A stretch of DNA of 59,982 nt from Girardia tigrina (GCA_001938485.1 MQRK01180445.1:133561-193542), one strand, 5' to 3'. Shown: positions 12,902 through 25,410, numbered from the stretch's first letter. Notes: generated from the sequence alone by a model not told the origin. A program made the numbers and translations.

Positions 12902-13680
12902 ATGTTTTTTACAACGAATTATAGTGTTTGCTCGTTTGATTCGTCATGGAAAAAGAAATGTTCGACTCAAGAAAGTACAGTTCAAACAGAATGTCAAACA
13001 GACTCGTATTTATTCGTTGAAGAAGACATTCAAGCAGTCTTTGACGAGTCTGAGCTGAAGGAATTCGTCAAATGCATCTCGCCGAAGTTATATGAAGCTA
13101 TATCGAGTAACGAACGCACTCATACGCATGGCGGTAAGCTGTATTCATATCGTAACGACTTATGTCATCCCTAATTTCATTCATTTTATGGCTTACATTG
13201 TTGGATTGATTCATTATCGGTTTTGGAAAAATGAGGACATTTACGGTCTCATGGAAAAAGCGATGCAATATTCAACAATTTTAGAACAAAATAAGAAAAG
13301 TCAGTATAAAGTGAAAACAACTTAACATCGTGGATGGTTTTAGCGGTAATATGGAGCATACTTTCTGTAGTTAATCATATTATTTACGACGTTGCTTACG
13401 ATACATTTAAACATCCTTTTTACAACCTGAATGTCTGTCAAACAGATAAAGATATCGAAAAATGGGGAACCTTTTTATTTATTTTAGATTTCTTTGGATT
13501 TATCATTATTTCAATTGTGACAACAGTCGTTTTGCTGAATTATATACTTTATTGTGAACTCGCGAAATTCTATGTCAATGCTATCAATAAAAAATCGATC
13601 AAAAATTAATTGAATAATAATTATTAGCTTTAACAACGGCTTTGAAGAAATAACTAGTGACCGTGAACGATTATAACTAG
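12902..13680 (+). pseudogene. Intronless, frameshifted multi-pass membrane protein gene; gustatory-receptor-like (7TMIC/GrlHz-type) resemblance
   Basis: ORFs 12902-13174, 13092-13325 and 13334-13609 join through two compensating frameshifts (first and third ORFs share a frame). CIHIVTTYVIPNFIHFMAYIVGLIHYRFWKNEDIYGLMEK and VVLLNYILYCELAKFYVNAI resemble motifs recalled from an invertebrate Gr-like family (CxHhhxTYhIPxhhHhxAY...RxxENExLxxLME; hhNYxxQCEhhxFYh). There are three or more hydrophobic helices. The family call is from memory. Confidence 0.5.
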
Positions 13681-15506
13681 TTTTTTTTTGATTATATGTG
13701 ATGTTCTTTAATAAATTCTTTTTTTTCGCAAAACAAGGTGATTTTTATTTTATTTAGTTTGTTGATTTTTTTTGGTTTGATATTGGGGAATTATCAACCT
13801 AATTTAATTATTTGTAGAAATAGATATTAAGTGATTCCTACAGACCGTATCCAAGGTGATATCGTCATGCATCCATCATGTCAACGTATTGCATTCATCA
13901 TATCAATACACAGCTGAACATGTAAAAAATACAGAAAATGTTGAATAATATATAAAATACTAAAAGAACTACATTATCAAACATTACCATCATGCTATCA
14001 ACCTTCAAATTTACCATTTGAATCATCAAAAATACCTTATCAACCATATCATCAACCATCACATTTACCTTAATCACCATAACAATCACCATATATAAAC
14101 CTTGATATATGCCTGATAAGGTATATTTGATAGTTGATATGGTATATTTGAAGAATAATTTTTGTGAAAATTTTCTACGAAAAGTTACTTTTTGTGAAGC
14201 AAAAAAGTGATTAAGTTTGATTTCACTAACCATCGACTTTCACTACCTTGTGTTGTTTGCAGATTCACAATACAGTCCTAACTTTGCTCTGCATTAAGTT
14301 TTCTTATTAATTTGCTTGAAAGGATATCTGTGAAGGTAGAGAACCGATTAAAAAGAGTAACTCATGGGATATATGTATGATTGTCTAGAAAATATTTATA
14401 ATTAACTGGTTCATTCCTGCGTAAACTGCGTAGCATTATATGATGATCATTTCGAGATGATAAAATGCTTTCCATTATTGATCGTACTTTCCGTAGATTA
14501 TATCTGTGCATTGAAAAGAAAAACTTACAAAGTGATAAATTTGATCATTAAAATTTGATCACATACAGTTCAGGTCTGGCAAGCTGTCTGCTGTAGGTAG
14601 CATGTAAACCTGTAATACCTGCCCCATTGACTAAACCCGCTCCTTCACCCAGAGCATTCTGCGTGAAGAGGGTGAGTGGACACTTAGCAGGATGAAAAAC
14701 AAAACCTGCTAAAAGTTAGATGAGCTCCTTGGTGCCAACAGCCATCCATACCTTGTGAGGGGATTTATTCAAACCTGTAATTTTATTCAAACTTTTATAA
14801 AATAATATTACATAGCATTTTATCGCACGCTTATCCAGGGTTAAATCAAAACAAGTTACCTTAAATGTAATTTTAAAGTTACATCTTTTAAAAGATAACT
14901 TGAATAATGTTAATATATTTTTTAAACATATACTTAACTAATCTAAATAATTCTTCTTAATCGATTTAATAACTACAAAAGAATAATTTAGCAACCTAAT
15001 CGTATTTTTATAAAAATAGATATAACTTAATAGTATTTATAATTTATAATATTTTAAATATCTAAAATGAATTCTTAATTATTAATAAAAATATCTTTCT
15101 TTTATATTTAAAACAATAACATAAATAATATATTGGATATTATAAACGGTTTCATAACGCACAAAAAACTCTCATTCGGAATTATTATTTTAAAAAGCCA
15201 TTATTGTCAAAAGAACCGATAAAACAAACTAATCTAAACTCAATCTTGGTAAATTAATGTGTTAAAGTATAACTGAAAGACTACATAGAGCCAATTTAAC
15301 TTCCTATCGTCGGAAATACATTGTGTGATAGATATTAGAAAATAAAGCTTAGTAGTTCTCACTCCCAATTTCGTAACAATTGATGGATCAATCAATAACC
15401 GAAATTTCCATGAAATAAACTTGTAAAAAAGCATTAGTCCAGTGTTACTATGTATAATATAAATGAAGGGAAAAGAATAACTATAACTTAATTATAAACA
15501 GAAAAC

Positions 15507-15642
15507 NNNNNNNNNNNNNNNNNNNNNNNNNNNNNNNNNNNNNNNNNNNNNNNNNNNNNNNNNNNNNNNNNNNNNNNNNNNNNNNNNNNNNNNNNNNNNN
15601 NNNNNNNNNNNNNNNNNNNNNNNNNNNNNNNNNNNNNNNNNN
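15507..15642. other. Assembly gap (others at ~25017-25294, 35408-35487, 57399-57432)
   Basis: Runs of N. Confidence 0.99.
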
Positions 15643-15843
15643 AAAATGCAAATTAAATTACTATAAAATTACTGTTTTTTATGAAAAATAACCAAAAAAA
15701 TAAACGACAAATATATCGGAAATAAATTAAAACTAAAATTTACATAATTCAATTAATTATTCAAATATTATTTGTTTTTTTTCAATTGAAAAATCTTTAA
15801 GCATAAATTATGTTTCAATAATTTGACCGAGATTATTAATTAA

Positions 15844-16805
15844 CACATTACGGTCCGCAGCATTCCGCATTATATGTTGTATGGAGTCCGGGCGAATTAC
15901 GCAAAAAAATGCCAATTATACACTTTTTCGTAAAATCGATATAATTATTAAACCAACAGATCAATTGCAACGAAACTTCACAGATGCCTTCAAATTAGTA
16001 TACTACATCGATATATGTAAACATAACAATGGGTTTCATTCTGTGTTGCATTTACCAGCGTGATAAAGTACAAAAAAGCTATTTTATTATAGAAATAATA
16101 TTGATATCCCTTGATATCCTTGAACTTGATACATGTGTGTATAGTAAAAAATGTTTCGGGGTCAGTCATAAAAAATATAGGCTAAAAATAAACACAAGGA
16201 GAGCTCTATCACACATGTGTTTATTTTTAAACTAATAAGCTTTATTAAATTATATGGTTGTTAAGGGTTTAGGTTCCCAAATTTTCTACCGTGAAATTAG
16301 TATAGAGTGCCATAAGACGGTGTTATTATTATTTATTACACATTTATAATTATTACATTTGATTACAAATTATTAGTTATCATATCATGATGCCACAGAT
16401 AAAGAAAGACTCTCCAAAAACTTCCCCAAAAAGCATTTATGTATGTAAATTACTATAAAACGTCATACAGATACTTGTCAGATATTTGGTGGCAATGACG
16501 GAACTATATTCAATAATAGAATAGCATTTTAAATATTTGTACTGCCATCTCTTGAAGAAATTAGAATAGCTCTCGTTGCTAACCATTTTATACAAAAATA
16601 AAAATATTTTTCATAATTCAAATTATTAAACAGTATCTAAAATATTTGTAACACCATCTCATGATGGAATCAAAAAAAATTTTAGTTCGTATATATTTTT
16701 TTTGTACGTACAAAATTCATATAAAATAGTATGCGTTTTCGCACGAACGGACTCACAGAAGTGCCGCACATAGTGTGCGTTTTCGGGTGAGCGGACTCTA
16801 ATGTG
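15844..16805. mobile_element. piggyBac-type MITE
   Basis: TTAA on both sides (15840-15843, 16806-16809). TIRs CACATTACGGTCCGC / GCGGACTCTAATGTG match at 13/15. Subterminal GC-rich repeats; no transposase. Confidence 0.8.
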
Positions 16806-18055
16806 TTAATATAAAAAAATTAAAAGAAAAGTGATTCATATTAGAAATTGTTACGTATAATTTATAATGTATTCTGAAAGTATATAAGCAATTAAACTAA
16901 AGTAATTGTCGACAAATTGATCATTCTTTTCGTAAAAAATATTTTGGATTATATTATAACAACATTCAAATTATTAATTACAAATTTTTAAAATAAAAAT
17001 TTTTATTAACAGAAAATCATTATGAAATATTGGAGACTTTAACTTATGATATTTATTTATTTGGTCACATAGTTAGTTTAAAGTATATAAAAGGTATAAT
17101 ACGATCTTAACATTTCTACTTACATCTGTTGAATAAGAAAACTTTAAAATCTTTTACAAAAAACCCTTTCCAAGACATAGCTGTAAAGATTTTTTATTAA
17201 CTAAGGCACATAACATTTAATGATTTTCCCTCGGGGAAATCAAAGAAGGAAAACAGTAAATTTTGGAAAATTTGTGTATAAATTTTTATAAAAATTATAC
17301 TTTGCTGTAAACCTTAAACGAGACTTTTTCACTAAAAAGTAATTATTAGTTAAAAGAAGTAAACTTAAAGTTTATTTTTAGATAAGTGTTTTTTTTGTTT
17401 TTTTTTCACAAAACAATAATGTTTTGTACAATTTTCCTCAGAATAAACGGAATTATCCTCCAACACAATGATTAATTATATATAATTTCGGGAGTTTGGA
17501 TGGAAATGTTGAATTCAATTTGGTTTTCAAATCAAAAAGATTTTTTAAGTTTCCTATAATTTTTCAAAAAATTGAATATATTAAGTATAAAAAAAGATAT
17601 TTTCTCATTTAATGTTGTTGAAGAGAAATTAAAATTATTAATATATTTAAAGTATGTTTCATTTTTTATGAAATTAAAATAGGAAAAAAAATGACAAATC
17701 GTTTCGAAAAAACAAGACTCGCTGTTTCCATAATTTGTAAAACATTAAAAAATAAATCTAAAAAAATTGTTTTTTTCTATTTTTTTATTAATAATGTTTT
17801 ATTTTTAGTTAAAATTGATAATAGTTATTTCCATTATTTTTTTCAATTAATTGAAACAACAGTAAACAATGCGGAGAATTAAATTTGATGGAAATCATAT
17901 TCATTGGTCCTTGAGAAAACCAAATGAATATTTTCCACATATGCATTTAATAATTAAAATTATGAAAGTTATTTAAAAAAATAATTTGAATTATTCATTT
18001 CGTTTTTATTTTTTCAATTCTCATTTTCAGAGAAAATTATTAATTTCTATCTTTT

Positions 18056-18553
18056 TGTCCATAACTATTAAGAACATTTAAACAAGTCTCGTTTGAATCT
18101 TTATTGCAATCACATTTAGAGTCATTATGACTCTCAGAAGTTCTTTCATCGTTCGAAATCGTTCTAATTGATTTTCTTATTAATCTTTTTAATCATGATT
18201 ATTCGAACAATTTTTCTAAATTATTTTTTAAAATATTTAACCTCTAAAAAATATTAATTTTTACCATTTTTCAATAAACCCAAAATAATAAAAATGACAT
18301 CAAATTATTAAAAATGCTTTTAATTTAAATTTTACTAAAAATTATTAAACTTAATTTTAATTCTGAAATTAAAGATATGAACTTATCGAATCATTATTTT
18401 AATTATGTTCGAATAGTCAATCACTTTAAACTTAATAAAAAAATACCAATTTCCATCTGGGTGGGAGAATCACCATTCTAAATTCAACATACTTAAATAA
18501 ACATACAGCATCCATACATTTACAAATTCAAACAATTTAAAATATTCCTCACA
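18056..18553 (-). repeat. 3' LTR of Gypsy element (family A)
   Basis: On the minus strand the PPT GAGGGGGA (18554-18561) is followed by TGTGAGGAATATT..., and the repeat ends ...GTTCTTAATAGTTATGGACA (TG...CA). Homologous copies occur elsewhere in the window. Confidence 0.85.
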
Positions 18554-20200
18554 TCCCCCTCGGTTTAAATGGCTTAAGCCATTCTACATTTCTGATCAAG
18601 ATCCTGCCGTCCTCTAGTTGTATCTCATAACTTCTTTCGTGTCTTTGCTTTATAATTTTAGCTGGTCCTATATAACGGTCATCATTTCTTGATGGGTTAA
18701 ATTTCTTTATCAAGACTTTATCTCCGACCTGAAATATTTGTTTTGTTTCTATTATGTTTTATTTGATTTTTCTCAAATTTTTCCTTCTATTTTAGTTTCC
18801 ACCAATGTCTTAGTTTTCTTCCGAAGATTACCTCGGCTGGTGATATTCCAGCTGTTGCTTGGATTGTAGCGTTTAACATGAATTCTATTTCTGCCAACAT
18901 TTCTACCCAATCTCTATGCACTTCATCCTTTAATCGTATATTTATGGCGTCTCTTATTGTTCTGAATTGTCTCTATGATCCCGTTAGTGTTATGGTGATA
19001 AAGACTTGAATAGACTATCTCCGTCTTAAATCTTTTAGAAGTTTCTTTAAAGAGTGCTGATTCAAAAGTTTTCCCTCTATCAACGTGTATCTCCTTTGGT
19101 GATCCGAATTTCCAGATCCACTTATCCAATAGTACCTTCCGTGTAGTCTTCTCGTCTTGGTGAGCCACTGCGGTCAAGCTGATGTACCTACTAAATTGAT
19201 CGATTATTGCTAAAATGTATTGATATCCATTCATAGTCCTTCTGAATGGACGGCAAAAGTCCATGTAAATTTTTTGAAATGGTTCGTCGGCAGATTGTTT
19301 AATGTGTTCCTCTTTCGTTTTTGCCGTCAGTATCTTCTTTTTTTGGCAGTTTGCGCAACTTTGTACGATGTTCTTTATTTTTTGTCCCATTTCATACATA
19401 TCGAAGTAATCTTTTATGTAATTGTAAACATTCTTACTTCCTGCGTGGCATAACATTTTATGTATATCTTCTATAAAGTCTGTTCTCTTCTTCCGAGGGA
19501 TCCAATATTTGTTATCTCTTGTCGTCACGATATTGTTTTTAGAAGTCATTCTTTTTTCTTTCCCATTCTAATATTTTCTTTAATCTGTTCTACTTCTTTA
19601 TCATTCGTCTGCCAAATGAACTCTTCTGAATCTTCAGTTAAGACAAGGATTCTAGTTTGAACTTTTCCTTTTTTAGCGTCATCGTACATTGTCTGACATT
19701 GTAAACATAGTTCACATGTATTTCTCGACATTGCGTCTGCATTAGTGTGTTTTTCGCCCTTGCGGTATTCCATCCTCATGTCTAGTCCACTAAGAAAGTT
19801 TATCCAAGTTGTGGAGTTATTGGGTTCTTCGTTGTCATCATGAATGTAATGGCCTTATGGTCAGTTCTAAGTAGAAACTTCTTTCCGTATAAGAAATGTT
19901 TGAAGTGTTGGGTGAAGTAATAGATTGCTTATAATTCCTTTCTTGTAATACAGTATCCCAGTTCGTGTTTGTTCATCTTGTAGGATCCATACTACCTTCC
20001 ATATGCATCCTTCTGTGCAAGTACCGCCCCCATTGAATCAAAACTGGTGTCTGTATCCAGTATAAATTTTTTTTCGAAATCTGGATATGCTAGGATCGGT
20101 GTTTTTTGTCATTTTATCTTTTAATGTCTGAAATGCTTCGTCACATTCCTTTGTCCATGTCAATTTTTTATCTTTATTTTTTCCACATAGCCCTTCCAGT
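18554..20200 (-). mobile_element. 5'-truncated Ty3/Gypsy internal region: RNase H and integrase pseudogene
   Basis: FILDTDTSFDSMGAVL, YCITRKEL, FLLRTDHKAI (RNase H). The integrase has HHCC (HKMLCHAG...CANC), AIIDQFSRY, IHVDRG and YHHNTNGIIE motifs, and a GPAKI tail. Frameshifts and stops are present. Confidence 0.92.
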
Positions 20201-20475
20201 ATTAATGTTTATTTAAAAAATTAGGTAATGCCTTTTTATCCAATAAAATTATGAGAAATTAAAAGTTAATAATAAAAATTTTCTCATTCATTTTTTTAGA
20301 TTTGAATACATAAACAAAAACTATATCAATCATAGAAAGATGCTTACTGAAAATTGTTGTGTAGAATCTGTTTGTGTTGTCAATAAATGTTTACATTCAA
20401 ATTGTGATGTTGTTAATAGACCTCAAATTTCAAAAAAATTTTATTAATTTCACGTACAAGTGTACGAATCTGAGG

Positions 20476-21051
20476 TCAATCTAACACTCCTGCTTTGATT
20501 TTCTCAGTTGTTAAGGCAGGGCACCCATTTACAATGTATTTGAAGCATACATCATCTTTTGATAAAGCTTTAACAAAGTGTTTCATAATTCCCAACTTGA
20601 TGTGCTGAGGTGGAAAAATAATTTTATCTCGACTGACAATGGGATCATTGATGATATTTGGCATACCTCCTTCAAGATATTCACGAATATGCCTCTCCAT
20701 CTGAATCCAATGCTTGTCTCTAGCCCTGTTGTTCAACATACAAATAAGGCATGGGAACTTCGTACAACCTTTTTGCTGACCAAGGAGGAAGTAAACCGTT
20801 TTTAGGTCAACACATATCACTCAATAGTGCTCTTGATACTTTAATAAATTTTATGTTGTAGTACTCTTCTTTTAACACGAATGAGTGACCAATAGGCACC
20901 ACACCATTAATCAATGAAACGTACAGATTCCAAAAAAACTAGAGATTATAGTAAAATAAGAGTTCCATATTTTGAATTTGCAACCCAAAATTAGTCGAAA
21001 AATTGTGTCAGTTCTTGCAACAAAAACTTTATTAAAAATTGTTCTCCAGTG
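20476..21051 (-). mobile_element. Chapaev3 (CMC superfamily) transposase fragment with a CACTG/CAGTG terminus
   Basis: ICVDLKTVYFLLGQQKGCTKFPCLICM...KIIFPPQHIKLGIMKHFVKAL...EKIKAGV matches the GDLK...GYTKxxCFLC...LPPLHIKLGLMKxFVKAL signature. Terminal ...TTCTCCAGTG lies at ~21042-21051. Confidence 0.75.
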
Positions 21052-21908
21052 TAATTAGTCTAAAGTACTATTACTAGTATTAAAGTACTCGGAGTCAGAG
21101 TGCTAGGCCCATTGAAGACATAATTTATTCCTCTTTTAAGGTTGCAAATAACTGATTGTTAATGACATAATTTTAACCAACATTTCTCCCTTTCGTATAA
21201 AAATGAATTCAATTAACTGTCCGAAAATGAGTCTAATAATCAACAACAAAGATGACTCGGTAATGTAATTCAATGATACGCAGCTTTAGCTTTAAAAGTC
21301 TTCAAATGACAAATATCTGAATTATTATAGTTGTTCAAACGACTTATTGTAATTTTTATTATGACAACACCGAAAAGAGAATTCAAAACAAATGTAACTC
21401 GAAAAAAATATTTTTTTTTCAAAATCCATCTCACAAATCAGTGATTGCCCATAATAAACTTAATTCAATTTAAAATTCGACATTTCCTTACAACAATCAA
21501 AAAACTGACGAAATTCAACATCGAAAAAACTCAAATTCCGAAACAATTTTCGCTTGCCATAAATAATAAACCCACACTGATAAATTTGACAAAAAATTAA
21601 AAATCATTCTTCCAATGTAACAAAAGACCCAAAAATTTAAATCTGTCACAATATCAAATCGATATCGATTCAAAAGCCATCAACCAATCAAAACTGACTG
21701 AATATTAAATCTCTCTCACACACATACCTTCAAAGAGAGAGAGAGACACGAAATCACTCCCAACGGTGGTACAGTGCGTTTCATTTTATAACAGTGAAAT
21801 ATTATAACGTACACATTTAATAACAGTAAAAGCAATCATAATTTTGCTTATTTATTTGCTTATCATTTATTTTACTGTTATATAATATTGCAAAAGACTT
21901 ATATAATG

Positions 21909-21949
21909 TTATATCATAAAATTGAATAACATTCAATTTTATGATATAA
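21909..21949. repeat. Perfect 19-bp inverted repeat with 3-nt loop
   Basis: TTATATCATAAAATTGAAT-AAC-ATTCAATTTTATGATATAA. Confidence 0.9.
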
Positions 21950-22009
21950 TTTTATGTACTGTCGATTAATTTCATTTTTGCAATCTTATTTTATTTTCAA
22001 CCGATTGTT

Positions 22010-22760
22010 ATAACGACATCGGCGACGGCGGTCTTCGAGAGGAGCAACGCCGGAGAAAGTGAACCGATCCTCACTAGGGTCACAATCGTTGATTGTAACT
22101 GGAAATTTATTTACAGCAGCGGCATCAATCGATCAATCAATCAGTCGGTGTGCACACCGAGCGCGCCCGTGTCGCGATACGAGTGCGCACAGCGGACCGC
22201 GAGCCGGGCCAGTTGGTCCAGTTCGACCGCGGCGATAATCGAGTAGAGTGAGTGATCGATCAACTGGCGGACGACGGGCACCTGCACGGACTGGAGGTGC
22301 GAGCACGCGATCCGGTAGTTTCTGGCCGACAATCGATCGGTTGTCGCTATTTGAAGCCGGCGGCGACGGCGATGGCGGAGAAGCAACGAGAGAATTGATC
22401 AATTCGTTCGCGTCGTTGTCGTCGTCGTCACTAATCTCGATGATCGATGATTTCTCGGATCGATCAATGTAATTATTGATCCTATCGAACGATTGATCGC
22501 CGTCGATTATTGGTTGATAGAGCGTCGATAAATCGATTATATTGTTGCGACTATCGATTAAAGGCAGCGGCGGCGGTATTTCATCGTCGTCGTCCAATAA
22601 CAAATCGATTGTCTCTCTCGATCAAATAGCTAATCGATCAATTCATCCACTCGTAATCGAATCGACACGCAGGATGAACGATTTTAAACGGCGTCGGGAA
22701 GATCGTTTCCAAATTCGATATCCCGTCAATCGAATATCGATAATTATCGATCAATATTAG
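22010..22760 (-). pseudogene. GC/TCGA-rich coding-like fragment with acidic SIM-like motifs and proline runs
   Basis: ORF 22133-22603 and its immediate upstream codons contain TIDLLLDDDDE, IIDLST and IIEISDDDD (hydrophobic core plus acidic tail, like SUMO-interacting motifs). There is an upstream in-frame stop and no clear splice sites. Confidence 0.35.
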
Positions 22761-23479
22761 TCAATTTTTGTTGATATAATCTTATCCTTTATTTTACACC
22801 GATATAATTCTCTTTTTGACATTCTTAGAAACTCTGAAAATGAGGAAATAAATCAAGTAAAAAGTTTAAACATCTTTCTTTTTAGCATGAATGTCATGAG
22901 AAACATCCATGGCTAATCCATTGTAGCAAATTATTAATAAAACGAATTCAAACAAAGACTATGAACAATAAAATAATCAATACTGAGTTTAACTTAGTAA
23001 ATTTGAATTATCTCTTTTTTATACATATTCTTTTATATAATATATAATTACACACAACAAACAAAAAGGACAAATAAATCATCACAGATTGTCATTCAAA
23101 TTATTTCAGTCTTGATTTGAATCCAAGTTATAAAAGCTTTTCGAAATAAGAGAGGGAAAGGAAGATGTCAATTTATATAAATAATGATTTTAAGTAGCGT
23201 TTAAGCCACTTTCATTATTTTCAAATTCAGAGCTCATAATTTAACACCATAATTTATTAATATAACAACAATTCACATATTTAAACAAATTTTCCTGTTA
23301 ATTAAATTATCTAGCCACAAATTAATCTATTAAATTCTTTTCGATTCAATTTTTAAAATCTTGTAAATTGTAAACTTTAAATTTATTAAATAATTTTCAC
23401 ATTAAAACTAAAAATTTATTTTAAAATGTTTCATATCTTCTATTAAAATATATAAATTGTTATGACTGTTTTTACTGTC

Positions 23480-24023
23480 CAATCGCAACGTTTGGCCCTA
23501 AAGAGGGCCGTATGCCTTTCTCCTTCGACTTTCGACTCGATTTGTTTTGTTGAGTTATCATCGATTGGGACCGGGTTAAGAGAATCGTCGATTGGTACGG
23601 AAAGATCCAGTGCATCGACTAATTGATTGATTTCTGTCGGCTCGATTTGATTTTTGTCAAGAGGAGTATCGGCAATTGAATCAATATCTCCAAGACCGCC
23701 GATTCCCGAGCGATACTCACGATTCTCTCGTCCTCTTCAACGACGAGCGCCTCCCCGAGTCTCAGTTCAGAATCGCCCTCGACATCGCCATCACAACAAA
23801 TCGTCGCTGGACCGACTAGATAATCTGGCCGATGCTCATCCCTTATTAAACTTGTGTCGAACGGTTGAGAACAAGATTCATCGAGAGACGATTGAGTCGA
23901 TTGAAACGATTCATTCAACGATTTCGATTTGCCCAATTTATCGAGCTCCTTCTTCAATTCCGTCACTTTCAAATCGGATGTCCGTCGACTATTTGGTAAG
24001 AAAATCGATATCTTTTGAGACAT
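23480..24023 (-). pseudogene. Truncated SAP-domain (Acinus/SAFB-like) gene fragment
   Basis: The ATG-initiated ORF has SDLKVTELKKELDKLGKSKS, the first helix and linker of a SAP domain (LxVxELKxxLxxRGLxxSG), but lacks the second helix. Confidence 0.5.
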
Positions 24024-24905
24024 TTTACGATTGTAAATATATATATTACGATTGTTAAAAAAATATATTTTTCGAAAAATCGATTTTCTTTATAACTTTA
24101 TTAGTTAACGAATAACTCCATATAAAATAATTCATTCAAACAAGCATTCAATTTTTAACATTTCTAAATATATAAACACACACATGTATTTTCATATACA
24201 AAATATATACCTTTTTATCCTTTTTTTACTAATTAATATAATTTTTTCTTTCAAATCATTCGGAAACAAATGTAAAAATATTTTGATTTATAAATAAATA
24301 TTTAATATTTAATGGTTTTCTTATCATTTTTAATTTTAAGATATTTAAGGGATACATTAAAAACATATTTTTTATTTTTAAATAGGTATTTAATTTTTTT
24401 ATGATTTTCTTTTACTATATTATTTTTAATTTTTAAAATATTTAAAAAACACATTAAAACATATTTTATTTTTAAATATGCATTTCATTTTTTAAAAGTT
24501 GTTTTATTATATCATTTTTAATTTTAAAATATTTAATAAGCATATTAACATTAAAATATTTTAACTTTTAAATTGAAAAAATAATAAATTATTTTGGCGA
24601 GATGCAAATTTAAATTAACCCCTCTTAATGATATAACCTGAAAAAGAGATAACTGAAAAAATTAAAGTTCAATGAACTCTAATTACTATATAATTAAATA
24701 AATAAAAATATAAGAAATAAATTTTATCCAAACTCTATTGTATAAAAAGGTAAATAACTAATATATACAAATAATATATATAATGTGTTTGGCGATATAA
24801 TTTTTCATTCAAGCTCGAGCGAGATTCTTGGGATAAGAATTGGTTGTTGAGTTCTGTGGAATTTTTGCTGTTGGTATTGAAGATGGAATAAATATTATAA
24901 TACTA

Positions 24906-25410
24906 CTAGCGCGCTCGGCCCGCTTCGCGGCCCTCTCTTGCCGGGGGTTCAATTTTTTTTATATTATAAAAGCCCAAGTCACTCACTGCCTGCCTCACTG
25001 CCTCACTAATGCTGTANNNNNNNNNNNNNNNNNNNNNNNNNNNNNNNNNNNNNNNNNNNNNNNNNNNNNNNNNNNNNNNNNNNNNNNNNNNNNNNNNNNN
25101 NNNNNNNNNNNNNNNNNNNNNNNNNNNNNNNNNNNNNNNNNNNNNNNNNNNNNNNNNNNNNNNNNNNNNNNNNNNNNNNNNNNNNNNNNNNNNNNNNNNN
25201 NNNNNNNNNNNNNNNNNNNNNNNNNNNNNNNNNNNNNNNNNNNNNNNNNNNNNNNNNNNNNNNNNNNNNNNNNNNNNNNNNNNNNNNNNNNNNNAATTGA
25301 TATTTTTTCACATTTATTTTTCAACAAATAATACTATTATTACGTCAACAATTATTACGTAAGTGCGTTAGTGAAGCAGGCAGTGACTTGGGCTTTTATA
25401 ATATATATTA
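24906..25410 (-). mobile_element. Non-autonomous Helitron spanning an assembly gap, with an inverted second 5' end at ~24960-25016
   Basis: The minus-strand 3' end GGCCGCGAAGCGGGCC-GAGCGCG-CTAG|T is a GC hairpin plus CTAG. The 5'-type sequence ATATTATAAAAGCCCAAGTCACT(C/G).. is present at 25361-25410 (-) and 24961-25016 (+). Confidence 0.75.

Larger units (their letters stand above)
11480..14250 (+). mobile_element. Unclassified non-autonomous element (possibly Maverick/Polinton-derived) with motif arrays and a cargo gene
   Basis: Abrupt start AGTAGGGGAAAATGG, GC palindrome at 11501-11524, phased X-box-like array, repeated 27-bp palindromes, strand-asymmetric A/C-rich spacers (12285-12460, 13900-14100) and an internal intronless gene. 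The right boundary is uncertain and no clear matching TIR was found. Confidence 0.4.

Noticed and set aside
13898-14233. 111-aa hydrophobic ORF rich in M/V
   Set aside because: By-product of an ACCATC-rich low-complexity strand; no domain.
24840-25362. Several ORFs over 100 aa
   Set aside because: They are mostly X residues from the N gap.
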